This document shows, piece after piece, positions 37,387-47,519 of a stretch of DNA of 64,000 bases. Location: NCBI GenBank assembly GCA_910577505.1, contig CAJTLN010000002.1, positions 183,707-247,706 of the forward strand, in the 5' to 3' direction. The notes under the pieces were generated by a model. It was not told the DNA's origin and did not search any database. It saw only the letters and a list, made by a program, of their open reading frames with translations. Source of the DNA: an uncultured Bacilli bacterium. GTDB taxonomy: Bacteria > Bacillota_I > Bacilli_A > RF39 > UBA660. A program made the position numbers and the translations under genes. Positions within the stretch are counted from its first letter, which is position 1. Every line of letters begins with the position of its first letter.

Positions 37387-39240
37387 ATGAAGAAGAATAT
37401 GAAGAGAGTATCAGCATTTAAATTATTTTATGATGAATTTGTATATCGTGAGAATTCTAGTATTTCGTATGCATCAATTGAAAGGAATATTGATAAGATT
37501 AGAGAATTAACTTTAGGATTGAGAAAGACTTCTAAAGTTGATGTCGATTTTTATATGGTAAAACTTGATAGAGCAAATAGTAGAATAAAAGAACAATTAA
37601 ACGAAATGTATAAAGTTAATGTTGCTTTATTTGAGTATTTCTTTTTATTATATAAGTCTTGTATGGAAATGTGCAATGATAAAGTTTCAGATATGCCATT
37701 TTTAATTAGTTGTGCATTTTATGAAGATTATCGATTAGATAATAAGACGGCAGAGGAATTAGAAAGTAGTCCTTATGTAGTTCCTAAATTTACTTCTTTA
37801 GAGAAAAAAGAAATTCGTAATGATGCTAAAGGGATGACAAAGTTTGAATATTTTGTGAAAAAAATTTCTAATAGCGAAAATGTGACTCAGTATACTAAAT
37901 TTATTGATAAAGCAAGAGCTATTATGAATACAAAGCCTAATATCAATGAATCTCATAGTGATTATTTTGCGAGAGTAGAACGTTTTTTAAAAGATTTTGA
38001 GGCAATTTGTGGTAGGTTAGAGGAAAAAGCTAAATTAAATGGTGATTATGAAATTGTATCTGATTATATGGAAGTCGTTTTTAGAAAGAAATTTAATGAA
38101 TGGTCAGTAGAAATAAAAAAAGTCGCTCTTGAATATTTAGATAAAACTTATAAAAAGATGAAAGAAAGTAATGAAATTAAGGTATGTTTTAATTTGGCTA
38201 ATGATATATCTTTTGAGAGTTTTAAAGATTTAACTGAAGACTTAATAAAAGAAAAAGAAAAATACATGAAATTGTTTGAAAATGGTAAATTTAATTCAAT
38301 TGAAATTATGGATGATTCTTACATATCAAAGTTTAAAGAAAATTTAATTAATTCTTTTTTTGATAAAAGATATATTAATTCTCTTAATGATAATTCTAAT
38401 GTTATGGAATATGTAGAAAGAACTATTGATATATATAATTTGGCAGAAGATTTGGGAAATCAAATATTTGAGAGAATAATGTTTGATGCTAGTCATTCTT
38501 CTTCTTTAAAAAGAAATAATGATGTTAGAAGTGCAATTATTACAAAGATTTATGATTTATATAATCCTATTTATTTATTAGCATTATTTGAAAAAGCTAA
38601 AAATGGTTTCGAAAGTTTATTAGCTAATAACTCTTCTAAATTTATAAAAGATTATAATGCTAAATTAGCAGAGAAAAAGTTGCAATATGATTTTCATGGA
38701 CCATTACCAACGATGAATAGTATTAAGATGAAAGTTTTGGATAGAAGAAAAGAATTTATTGTTGAGCATTGTATTACAGAATTAAAGTCAAGAGATTTGT
38801 TAGAAAGTTATGATACAAGAAATTATGATTTAGAAATTATTGCTAAAGATATTGAAGTAAATGAAATGATTACTTTATATGATCAAATAAAATATAAAGT
38901 TAACACTTTTGATTATAGTTCTTTATATTTTTATAATAAAGAGATTGCTTTAGATGGATATGAAAAACAAGAAACATTAAAAGCAGCACAAGAATTTGTA
39001 GTAAAAGATATATGTTCTAAATTAAAAATAAATAATTTGTCTGCTAAAGAAATGAAAGAAAGATATAGAGATATATGTTATGGATATTTTAACGAAGAAT
39101 GCATATTTATTAATGATAAAGAAGAAATAGAAGTAAGTGATAATCTTGAATCTTTCTATGAAATTAGAAATAGATTTATACAAAGCAGTAAATGGAATGA
39201 GTTCTTAACTAATAATAAGATTAAAAGTAGTTTACAGTAG
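37387..39240 (+). CDS. hypothetical protein (617 aa), no recognisable domain
   Basis: Long ORF tightly coupled (2-nt spacer) to the preceding small ORF. Confidence 0.45.
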   Translation: MKKNMKRVSAFKLFYDEFVYRENSSISYASIERNIDKIRELTLGLRKTSKVDVDFYMVKLDRANSRIKEQLNEMYKVNVALFEYFFLLYKSCMEMCNDKVSDMPFLISCAFYEDYRLDNKTAEELESSPYVVPKFTSLEKKEIRNDAKGMTKFEYFVKKISNSENVTQYTKFIDKARAIMNTKPNINESHSDYFARVERFLKDFEAICGRLEEKAKLNGDYEIVSDYMEVVFRKKFNEWSVEIKKVALEYLDKTYKKMKESNEIKVCFNLANDISFESFKDLTEDLIKEKEKYMKLFENGKFNSIEIMDDSYISKFKENLINSFFDKRYINSLNDNSNVMEYVERTIDIYNLAEDLGNQIFERIMFDASHSSSLKRNNDVRSAIITKIYDLYNPIYLLALFEKAKNGFESLLANNSSKFIKDYNAKLAEKKLQYDFHGPLPTMNSIKMKVLDRRKEFIVEHCITELKSRDLLESYDTRNYDLEIIAKDIEVNEMITLYDQIKYKVNTFDYSSLYFYNKEIALDGYEKQETLKAAQEFVVKDICSKLKINNLSAKEMKERYRDICYGYFNEECIFINDKEEIEVSDNLESFYEIRNRFIQSSKWNEFLTNNKIKSSLQ

Positions 39241-39495
39241 GTGATAATAATGGATGAATATATTAATGAGTATAAAAAGTTATCTTTAAAAAATAAAAGA
39301 GAAATATTATTAAAAGATATGGGTGAATTGTTAAATTCTATAGAATTATATTGTAAAAAGAAAAATATTAAAATAGATAGATTAAAAAGTAGTTATTATA
39401 TAAAGAACAGGGAAGCGTTGTTTGAAGAAGATTATTATGACTTATTGTTTATATATATTACTTATTTGAAAGAAGATTTAGCAGCAATAATATAG
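39241..39495 (+). CDS. small hypothetical protein (84 aa)
   Basis: Starts the nucleotide after the previous stop. Confidence 0.35.
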   Translation: MIIMDEYINEYKKLSLKNKREILLKDMGELLNSIELYCKKKNIKIDRLKSSYYIKNREALFEEDYYDLLFIYITYLKEDLAAII

Positions 39496-39561
39496 AAAAA
39501 GTACTTAAAGAGAGTACTTTTTTTATTTTTTGTGTTATACTTGCATTGGGAGTGATGGCAA

Positions 39562-40314
39562 ATGAATCTTGAAGATATTATAGAGAAGATAAAGCGTTTA
39601 GAAAATGGTGGAAATGGTACAAATATGGTTTGTTTTATAGTGGCTTTTGATTTACTTTATTTTTTAAAGGATAATGATAATAGAGAAAGGTTTATTTATG
39701 AATACTATAAAAATGACAATGGTATGTTTACAGCTAATTTTAAGAGAATTTGCTATTATTGTGAATCAATATTAATTGAAGATAATATATATACTAATAT
39801 GCTTAAGTCTATCGAAATGGAAGTAAATAGAGATGAATTGGTAAGTATGTATAATTATTATGATGCTATTGATAGAATAGAAAAAGCTAATATAAGTACA
39901 AAAGAAATGATAAGTGATGGTTTTAAAATAAGATTGCTTAAAGGAACTTTTGATGCAAGTAATGAAGATTATCAGAAACTTAATACTAATGTAAAGGATT
40001 TAAAAAATAGATATGATAAGAATATGGTAGATATTGTTACTATTATAGCTATATTTATTGCTGTTAGTATAGGAATGGTAAGTGGTATAAGTTTTAGTTT
40101 AGAAGCTTTTAGCAATGTTACTAGTTTAAATATATACAATATATGTCTTACTATTTCTATGGTGGGATTTGTAATATTTAATTTGTTTTATGCAATTTTT
40201 AAATTTGTTTCAAAATTATGTGGTAAAGAATTAGATAATAAATATTATGTTATCTTTGTTGATGTAGTGTTTGTTGTATTAATTGTGTTTTTTGTATTTT
40301 TGATTGCGGGGTAG
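39562..40314 (+). CDS. hypothetical protein with 3 C-terminal TM helices (250 aa)
   Basis: GGGAG RBS. C-terminal hydrophobic segments. Confidence 0.45.
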   Translation: MNLEDIIEKIKRLENGGNGTNMVCFIVAFDLLYFLKDNDNRERFIYEYYKNDNGMFTANFKRICYYCESILIEDNIYTNMLKSIEMEVNRDELVSMYNYYDAIDRIEKANISTKEMISDGFKIRLLKGTFDASNEDYQKLNTNVKDLKNRYDKNMVDIVTIIAIFIAVSIGMVSGISFSLEAFSNVTSLNIYNICLTISMVGFVIFNLFYAIFKFVSKLCGKELDNKYYVIFVDVVFVVLIVFFVFLIAG

Positions 40315-40428
40315 TAGTATTTTTATGGAAAAATAAGTACTATTCTAATTGCCAAAGATAAATTATATAAATTTTAAAATTTATGTATTGCATATTATTT
40401 AAGAATATGATATTATTAAAAAGTCGAT

Positions 40429-40505
40429 GGACCTCTAGCTCAGTTGGTTAGAGCATCCGGCTCATAACCGGGCGGTCGTAGGTTCGAGTCCTACGAGGTC
40501 CACCA
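40429..40505 (+). tRNA. tRNA with CAU anticodon (elongator Met or lysidine-modified Ile2)
   Basis: 77-nt cloverleaf. Acceptor ggacctc/gaggtcc fully paired (so not an initiator). Anticodon loop cuCAUaa. T-loop GGTTCGAGTCC. CCA encoded. Confidence 0.85.
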
Positions 40506-40514
40506 CTTATATAT

Positions 40515-40599
40515 GCGAGTGTGGCGAAATTGGTAGACGCGCTAGACTTAGGATCTAGTTCCTTACGGAGTGGGGGTTCAAGTCCCTTCACTCGCACCA
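40515..40599 (+). tRNA. tRNA-Leu (UAG)
   Basis: 85-nt type II tRNA. Acceptor gcgagtg/cactcgc. Anticodon loop cuUAGga. Long variable arm. CCA encoded. Confidence 0.85.
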
Positions 40600-40809
40600 T
40601 TTTTAGTTAATTACACAAAATGTGATATTATAAATTATAAAAATTAGAACGAGACAATTATTAAATTGTCTTTTTTCTTTGTATATATGTATATTATAAA
40701 TAATTGATGTACTACTTTATATGAAGTAGTATAAATTTATCATATAAAATTAATAGAATTCAGTTATGTTTTTTATGTATTAAAGTTATGTTATAATACA
40801 ATCATTGAG

Positions 40810-42741
40810 TTGATTTTTATGCAAGATAGTAAATATTTTTATGAAGGTGTTCCGTTAACACAATATTGCAAGGAACATATTAATCCGAATAGTGTAAGAA
40901 CTAGGATTTGGAAGAAGAGAAATAATCCTAAGTATGAAAAAAATACAGACCAAGAGATTATTGATATGGTAATAAAGTCTTATGGTACAGGTGTTAAATA
41001 TATGTATGGAGATATAACATTGCGACAATATTGCAAAGATAATGGTTTAGTATTTGGGACAATTACATCTAGAATAAATATTTTGAAAAAGAAAAATCCT
41101 ACTTTATCAAATGATGAATTGGTAAGACTGGCGGTCGATGAGTTTGAAAATAAAAATTATACTTTATTTTATAAAGGAATGTTATTAAAAGATTATTGTG
41201 AAATGCATCCTGAAGTAAAATATAATACAATAAGGACTTATATTGCACGCGAAAAAGAAAGAAATCCTACCAAAACGACAGACGAGCTGGTAGAGCAATA
41301 TTTATCAAAGGAACACTTTGGTATATATAAATATTATTATTATGGAATTCCACTAGTAGTATATTGCGAAAATCATAATATTAGCATTGTTGCAGTTAAA
41401 GGAAGAATATATAGGTGTAGAAAAGATAATCAGACACTAAGCGATGATGAATTAGTTGAAATGGTAATGAACAGTTATGAACCATTTAGTCCTAAATATA
41501 ATTATAAAGGAATGACATTAAGTCAATATTGTAAATGTAATAATTTATCTTATTATAGTGTAGTATCTTTTGTAAAAAGAAGATTAGAGAAAAATAATAG
41601 TTTAAATATAGATGATTTAATAGATGAAGGAATAAAAACAATTAAAAGATATGGAATTATTTATTATTATGGAGGAATGCCTCTTAGAGATTATGCTAAA
41701 GAACATGGATTAAATGCTAGTTCAATTAGAGCATCAATATTGAGGAAAAAAAGAAAATCTAATTTGCCTTTACAAGAAATTGTAAATGAGTGCGTATTAA
41801 TGTATAAAGAGTTTAGCATTAAGTATTTTTATGGAGATGAGACTTTAATTGATTTTTGCAGAAGGACGGGAATAAATTATAATACTGTAATACATAAATA
41901 TATCGATTTTTATGCAGATAGAGATGATATTGATATAAATTCAGCGATAGCTTTAATAGTTGATAGTGTGTTAAAGAATCAAACTAAGAGAGTTAAATAT
42001 TTTTATGGAGAAGATAGTTTATCTTTGTTTTGTCGTAAAAATGGATATTCTTATACTGCTATATATCAAAGACTTATGACACTTGAAAAAAAATATATTT
42101 ATGATTCACAGGAAGAAGCAGTAGAAGATGCTGTTTTAGAATATAAAATTAAAAGAATAAGAGAAATTAACAAGTATTTAGATATAGTAGTTGATGTTGA
42201 ACATGAGAAGATAGTTGATATTTGTGAATTTATGAAAATAAATTTAGAAAATTTATATGATTTAGTGGAAATGGGATTTGAATATAAGCAAGCCATAATG
42301 ATGATTTTGTGGTTTGCGACGGCAGAAGACGAAGTAAATAATAAAATTCTTACTGATAAAGACTTGGAAAATATTTATGATACTATTGATAATTTATTAA
42401 AGAAGCATAATAAAGATAATGTGTATAGTCTTAGAGTTTTAGTAGGATTATACAGGAGTAATCTTATTGATACAAGAGAATATATATTAAACTTGTTTAA
42501 AGAATATATTTTTGAAGCAATTGATGAAGTTAGTAGATGGAATAGTATTAATTTAAGTCCAGTAGAATTAGATTTATATGTAGAAGAAACTAGTTTATAT
42601 GTTTTAGTATCTTTGGATAAAATTTTTTATGGTGATGATGAACAAATATGTAATAATATGAAATTAATGATTAGAAGTATGTTAGAAAATAAGATGCAAA
42701 GTAGAAGAAATAATGAAGTTAGGTTAGTTAAAGAAAGTTAA
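40810..42741 (+). CDS. hypothetical protein (643 aa) with 8 tandem repeats of about 44 aa (Y[FY]Y.G..L..YC......(I/V)..R(I)....NP.LS.DELVE) and a non-repeat C-terminal domain
   Basis: Repeats are visible in the translation. TTG at 40810 or ATG at 40819. Confidence 0.55.
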   Translation: MIFMQDSKYFYEGVPLTQYCKEHINPNSVRTRIWKKRNNPKYEKNTDQEIIDMVIKSYGTGVKYMYGDITLRQYCKDNGLVFGTITSRINILKKKNPTLSNDELVRLAVDEFENKNYTLFYKGMLLKDYCEMHPEVKYNTIRTYIAREKERNPTKTTDELVEQYLSKEHFGIYKYYYYGIPLVVYCENHNISIVAVKGRIYRCRKDNQTLSDDELVEMVMNSYEPFSPKYNYKGMTLSQYCKCNNLSYYSVVSFVKRRLEKNNSLNIDDLIDEGIKTIKRYGIIYYYGGMPLRDYAKEHGLNASSIRASILRKKRKSNLPLQEIVNECVLMYKEFSIKYFYGDETLIDFCRRTGINYNTVIHKYIDFYADRDDIDINSAIALIVDSVLKNQTKRVKYFYGEDSLSLFCRKNGYSYTAIYQRLMTLEKKYIYDSQEEAVEDAVLEYKIKRIREINKYLDIVVDVEHEKIVDICEFMKINLENLYDLVEMGFEYKQAIMMILWFATAEDEVNNKILTDKDLENIYDTIDNLLKKHNKDNVYSLRVLVGLYRSNLIDTREYILNLFKEYIFEAIDEVSRWNSINLSPVELDLYVEETSLYVLVSLDKIFYGDDEQICNNMKLMIRSMLENKMQSRRNNEVRLVKES

Positions 42742-42841
42742 AATATATGTAAAAATACATATATTTTTTTATTTAGATAGTTTATAAATTTACACTTGGC
42801 AAAATAAATGATATTATTATTATGATAGAAGGTGTAGGATT

Positions 42842-44665
42842 ATGAATGAGCAAAATAATAATTTAAATTCACAGTTCAGTAGTCAGCCAACTAATCAAAA
42901 TGTTGGAGGTCAACCTACACAACCAGTAAAAAACAGATTTTTTTCACCTGATTTATTTAATGATTCAAGTGTTAATGATGTCGGTTCTTCAACTAGTAGT
43001 AGTGTAAATAATAATGTAATAAGTTGGGGAGTAGGACAGAAAAAAAACTCTAATGAATTAAATTCGTTGAGTGCTAATAATCAAGTTAGTAATCAAGGAA
43101 ATACGTATGCGACTTCAGAACAATTATTGGAACAAGTTAATGGTGATGTTTATGAAGTTTTGGACGATGAATTTTTAATGAATAACGATACTTTGGGACA
43201 GCAATCTCTTCAAACTAATAATTCAATTGGGATAGAGAATACTCCTTTATTTCAAGAAGCTAATAATGTTTCAAGTCAACAAAACAACTTTAATAATCAA
43301 AATCAGATGTTTCAACAAAATCAACAAGTGCAACAACAGTTAAATCAACAATATATACAGCAACCATTTAATCATGGAGTGCAAAATCAACAAGTGCAAC
43401 AACAATATATGCCACAATCTGGGCAACCTATGCTTGGAGTTCAGCAACCAATCCCTGTACAGCAACCTGAAAATAATATTCAAAATTCGTCTTGGAAGGA
43501 TGGTATAGGAGTTGTTCAACCAAATGGAGAAGATTGGATGCAACAGCAACCTCTTAGTGCTGCATCATTAGGAGTAGGAGCTATTAGTGGAGAAGAATTA
43601 GCTAAAGATGTCGTAGAGGAGTCTAAATTCTTTAATCCTAATATAAATAAAGTTGTTGAAGAACAACAACAAAGTCAACAAGAGCAACAGCAACAATTTG
43701 CAATGCAATATGGTAACGGTCAGGGAGTAATTTTGGAAGATCCAGCACCTGAAATTGATGATAATGCTTTATTAAGACAATATGTTGGTTCGTCTTTTCA
43801 AAAAATATCTATGGCACCATTTTCTTTTCCAGCATTTTTATTTTCTGGTGTATATTTTATGTATAGAAAGATGTTTTTGCTAGGTGCAATTTTGTTTTTG
43901 ATTGAATTTGCTATTGCTAATCTATTACCTAATGGAATAGCTCAAATAGCAGTCATTGCATTTCATATAGTTTTAGCTTTAGTTGTAAATCCAATTTATA
44001 TTAAGGTAGCTAAAGGTAGAGTTAAAGGAATAAAAAAAGCTAAGAAAAATAAAAACAAGAATCAAATTGAGCTTAATACAATTTGTCAAAATAAAGGTGG
44101 TACTAGTTTATCTAAAACTTTTATTTTGACGATAATATGTTCAATATTTGGAGTGATTATTTCGTTTATATTTTTGTCTGGAAGTTTGATTGCAAAAATA
44201 TTTAACTTTATTGATGTTGGTATAATTGATAATGAACCAGCTAAATATGAAGGTACTATTGCTACTTCTGATTATGATGTCTTAGGTAATATGAATATAG
44301 AAATACCTTCGGTATTTAAAAAAGATGGAGAAACATTTAGTTATACTTATACAAGTGATGGTACAGGAGTATTTAATACTTGTACATTATCTATTGGAAA
44401 ATTACATAAGTTTACTAGTGGAGAAGATTTTATTAATCAATATATTGAATATGAAAAACTTGATGTTAACATTGGAAAAACAACTACAAAAGGAATTACT
44501 TGGTATACAGTAGTGAACGAAAATTCTGTTGGTAAGCAATTTTATAGAGCTGCTGATATAAATAATGAAGTAGTACTATTTGATTTTAGTGTAGGAGCAG
44601 ATACACCGACTGGAGTGTGTGATGCATATTTAGTTGATATTATTGATTCTATTTCTTTAAAATAA
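42842..44665 (+). CDS. membrane protein with a long N/Q-rich low-complexity N-terminal region (607 aa)
   Basis: Q/N-rich 280-aa N-terminus. 3-4 TM helices in the middle. A C-terminal globular domain. Confidence 0.5.
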   Translation: MNEQNNNLNSQFSSQPTNQNVGGQPTQPVKNRFFSPDLFNDSSVNDVGSSTSSSVNNNVISWGVGQKKNSNELNSLSANNQVSNQGNTYATSEQLLEQVNGDVYEVLDDEFLMNNDTLGQQSLQTNNSIGIENTPLFQEANNVSSQQNNFNNQNQMFQQNQQVQQQLNQQYIQQPFNHGVQNQQVQQQYMPQSGQPMLGVQQPIPVQQPENNIQNSSWKDGIGVVQPNGEDWMQQQPLSAASLGVGAISGEELAKDVVEESKFFNPNINKVVEEQQQSQQEQQQQFAMQYGNGQGVILEDPAPEIDDNALLRQYVGSSFQKISMAPFSFPAFLFSGVYFMYRKMFLLGAILFLIEFAIANLLPNGIAQIAVIAFHIVLALVVNPIYIKVAKGRVKGIKKAKKNKNKNQIELNTICQNKGGTSLSKTFILTIICSIFGVIISFIFLSGSLIAKIFNFIDVGIIDNEPAKYEGTIATSDYDVLGNMNIEIPSVFKKDGETFSYTYTSDGTGVFNTCTLSIGKLHKFTSGEDFINQYIEYEKLDVNIGKTTTKGITWYTVVNENSVGKQFYRAADINNEVVLFDFSVGADTPTGVCDAYLVDIIDSISLK

Positions 44666-44727
44666 AAATAAATTTTTAGTAAAAAAGCTCATATGACATG
44701 GGCTTTTGTTCTATTTTAAGGAGAATA

Positions 44728-44736
44728 TGATATAAT
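44728..44736 (+). promoter_or_regulatory. extended -10 element TGaTATAAT upstream of the 44758 gene
   Basis: TGnTATAAT 22 nt upstream of the ATG. GGAGGCGA RBS. Confidence 0.35.
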
Positions 44737-44757
44737 TTATTTGGAGGCGACTCGTGC

Positions 44758-46101
44758 ATGAAAACAATTAATGATATAAAAAAGTACGATACTTTTATTT
44801 ATGATAACTATGAAATATTATATGATGAGAATAAAATAAGAATTAATTATTTTTTTGAAATAGTTGATTTAAAAAAATTTATTCATAGAATAGAAATCCC
44901 TTTTTGTAATAGTTCTATTGATAAAGAGTATGTTAATTGGCTGGCTTTCAATATTGGTTTGTTAGAATTAGTCAGTTATTGGAAAGCCACTATTGCTCCT
45001 AATTTAATTATTAATTGTGGTCGAATTGATGATGTCCAAAAAGATTTTTTTAAGAAAATATATTTTCATGGATTAGGAGAGTTTTTTTATCTTAATTCTT
45101 TAGATCCTGATTATGATAATTTTATTAATATTAAGTGTAATGGAGTGGATACTAAACATATAATTGATTATAGTGGAAATGGTAGTTTGATAGCTATTGG
45201 TGGTGGAAAAGATTCTTGTGTTTCTTTAAGCTTATATAATAAAGAAAACTCTAGTTGTTTTATAATTAATCCTAAAGAAGTAACTTTAAAGTGTGCTTAT
45301 ACAGCGGGATATGAGGATAAGAATATTGTTGAAGTGAAAAGGGTTTTGGATAAAGGAATAATTGAACTTAATAATGAAGGTTTTTTAAATGGGCATACTC
45401 CTTTTTCTGCAATGGTAGCTTTTGTTTCTTATTTAACAGCATATTTAAATGGTAAAAAGTTTATTGTTCTTTCTAATGAAAGTAGTGCTAATGAAGCAAA
45501 TGTGGCTGGAACAAAGATAAATCATCAATATTCTAAATCATATGAATTTGAAAAAGATTTTCAAACCTATGCAAAAGAGTACTTGGGTAGGGAAATAAAA
45601 TATTATTCTTTTTTAAGACCACTTACAGAATATCAAATAGGGATGTTATTTTCAAAATATAAAAAGTTTCATGGCATTTTTAAAAGTTGTAATGTAGGAA
45701 GTAAAAACGAGAATTGGAATTGGTGTTGCCATTGTGCTAAATGTATGTTTGTTTATTCTTTACTTTCTCCGCATTTGTATAAAGAAGAATTAATTCGAAT
45801 TTTTGGAGAAGATATGTTTGAAAATGAACAAATGCTTCAAACTTTTGAAGAACTATTGGGAAAAAAGAATGTAAAGCCATTTGATTGCGTAGGTACTTTT
45901 GAAGAAGTTAATTATGCTATTACTAAAACTATAAAAAACATGGAAAAAAAAGAATTACCTTTATTATTAGACTATTATAAAAAGAACTATTATGATGAAG
46001 ACATTTTAAAGAAAGATTTAGAACATAGTTACAATGAAAATAATAGTTTAGATGTTCAAGATGAGATACTTATAAAGGAAGCGATTAATTATGATAGATA
46101 A
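44758..46101 (+). CDS. PP-loop-like, Cys-rich protein (447 aa) translationally coupled to murD. Candidate peptidoglycan-precursor-modifying enzyme.
   Basis: IAIGGGKDSCVS resembles the SGGxDS PP-loop ATP pyrophosphatase motif. A cysteine cluster (CNVGSKNENWNWCCHCAKC). Its 3' end overlaps the murD start by 11 nt. Confidence 0.5.
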   Translation: MKTINDIKKYDTFIYDNYEILYDENKIRINYFFEIVDLKKFIHRIEIPFCNSSIDKEYVNWLAFNIGLLELVSYWKATIAPNLIINCGRIDDVQKDFFKKIYFHGLGEFFYLNSLDPDYDNFINIKCNGVDTKHIIDYSGNGSLIAIGGGKDSCVSLSLYNKENSSCFIINPKEVTLKCAYTAGYEDKNIVEVKRVLDKGIIELNNEGFLNGHTPFSAMVAFVSYLTAYLNGKKFIVLSNESSANEANVAGTKINHQYSKSYEFEKDFQTYAKEYLGREIKYYSFLRPLTEYQIGMLFSKYKKFHGIFKSCNVGSKNENWNWCCHCAKCMFVYSLLSPHLYKEELIRIFGEDMFENEQMLQTFEELLGKKNVKPFDCVGTFEEVNYAITKTIKNMEKKELPLLLDYYKKNYYDEDILKKDLEHSYNENNSLDVQDEILIKEAINYDR

Positions 46102-47425
46102 AATAGTAGAACTATTAAACAATAAAAATCTTGCAATACTAGGTTTTGGAAGAGAAGGAAAAGCTACATATAATTTTATTCGTAGTCATGTTGGGAACCA
46201 AGAGATTACTATTATAGATAAAAATGATGTTAGTGATGATGAATTATTAGTTAACGATACTAATGTTAAAGTGATTAGTGGGGAAGATTATTTAAATAAC
46301 TTAGAAATATATGACTTGGTTATAAAAACACCAGGTATTTCATTAAAAGATATTGATTCTAATAAAGTTAATATTACTTCAGAGATGGAATTATTACTTG
46401 AAGTTAATAAAGAAAGAATTATTGGAGTTACTGGGACAAAAGGAAAAAGTACAACTTCTTCTTTAATTGCTAATATTTTAAAGGAGAATGGTGTTAAAAC
46501 AATTTTTGCTGGCAATATTGGAATTCCTGTATTTTTAATGTTAGATGATGCAGAAGATGATACAATGTTTGTTTTAGAAATGTCTTCACATCAATTGGAA
46601 TTTTTAAAGTTTTCACCTCATATAGGAGTTGTGTTGAATCTTTTTGAAGATCATTTAGACCATGCTGGAAGTGTAGAACATTATCATAATATAAAAATGA
46701 ATATGTTTAGATACCAAGATGAATCAGATTATATGATATATTGTCAGGATAATGATAATCTTAGAAAAAAAGTGGAAAATAGTAATTTTGTTGGCCAAAA
46801 ATGTATTATTGATATAAATGGTTGTAATGCATTAACTTATTTATTAGATGATTATGTATATTATGATAAGAAAGCAGCTTTTAAAAAAGATATAAAAAGA
46901 AAACTTTTAGGATTATATAATTTAAAAAATATAATGGTTGCTTATACTGTTAGTAAAATATTGGGTTTGAATGATGAAAAAACTTTAAAAGCTATTTCTG
47001 AATTTGAACCATTAAAGTATAGATTGGAGCTTGTTGGAGAAGTAAACAATGTAAAATATTATGTGGATACTTTGGCGACAATACCAGCAGCAACAAGAGA
47101 ATCAATAGAAGCTTTAAAAAATGTTAATACTTTAATATTTGGGGGAATGGATAGAGGGATTTCTTACGAAGGATTTGCTGAATATTTGGAAAGCACTGAT
47201 ATAGAACATTTTATATGTATGCCAACTACTGGAACTAAAATAGGAAAAGAAATCTCTGAAGAGAGAACATATTTTGTGGAAACTTTAGAAGAGGCCGTTG
47301 ACTTGGCCAAAAAAATAACTAGAGAAGGTACAATATGTTTACTTTCTCCTGCTGCAGCAAGTTATGAACATTTTAAAAATTATGCTGATAAGGGAGATAA
47401 ATTTAAAGAATATGTTTTAAAATAA
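46091..47425 (+). CDS. murD: UDP-N-acetylmuramoylalanine--D-glutamate ligase (MurD-type Mur ligase)
   Basis: N-terminal Rossmann LGFGREGKA. Mur ligase P-loop GVTGTKGKSTTSSL. C-terminal domain. Not located in a dcw cluster. Confidence 0.8.
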   Translation: MIDKIVELLNNKNLAILGFGREGKATYNFIRSHVGNQEITIIDKNDVSDDELLVNDTNVKVISGEDYLNNLEIYDLVIKTPGISLKDIDSNKVNITSEMELLLEVNKERIIGVTGTKGKSTTSSLIANILKENGVKTIFAGNIGIPVFLMLDDAEDDTMFVLEMSSHQLEFLKFSPHIGVVLNLFEDHLDHAGSVEHYHNIKMNMFRYQDESDYMIYCQDNDNLRKKVENSNFVGQKCIIDINGCNALTYLLDDYVYYDKKAAFKKDIKRKLLGLYNLKNIMVAYTVSKILGLNDEKTLKAISEFEPLKYRLELVGEVNNVKYYVDTLATIPAATRESIEALKNVNTLIFGGMDRGISYEGFAEYLESTDIEHFICMPTTGTKIGKEISEERTYFVETLEEAVDLAKKITREGTICLLSPAAASYEHFKNYADKGDKFKEYVLK

Positions 47426-47466
47426 AAAGTCTAAAATTATTTTAGGCTTTTTTTATAAATAGTAGT

Positions 47467-47494
47467 TTGAATATTTAAAAAAATATTGTATAAT
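47467..47494 (+). promoter_or_regulatory. sigma-A promoter (TTGAAT, 16 nt, TGTATAAT) upstream of the 47520 gene
   Basis: Hexamers at 47467-47472 and 47489-47494. Confidence 0.4.
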
Positions 47495-47519
47495 TATAAA
47501 AGAATAGGTGGTTAGTGTG

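Noticed and set aside
42099-44513. Short ORFs 42099-42296(-), 43340-43549(-), 44325-44513(+)
   Set aside because: Embedded in or antisense to longer, better-supported CDSs.
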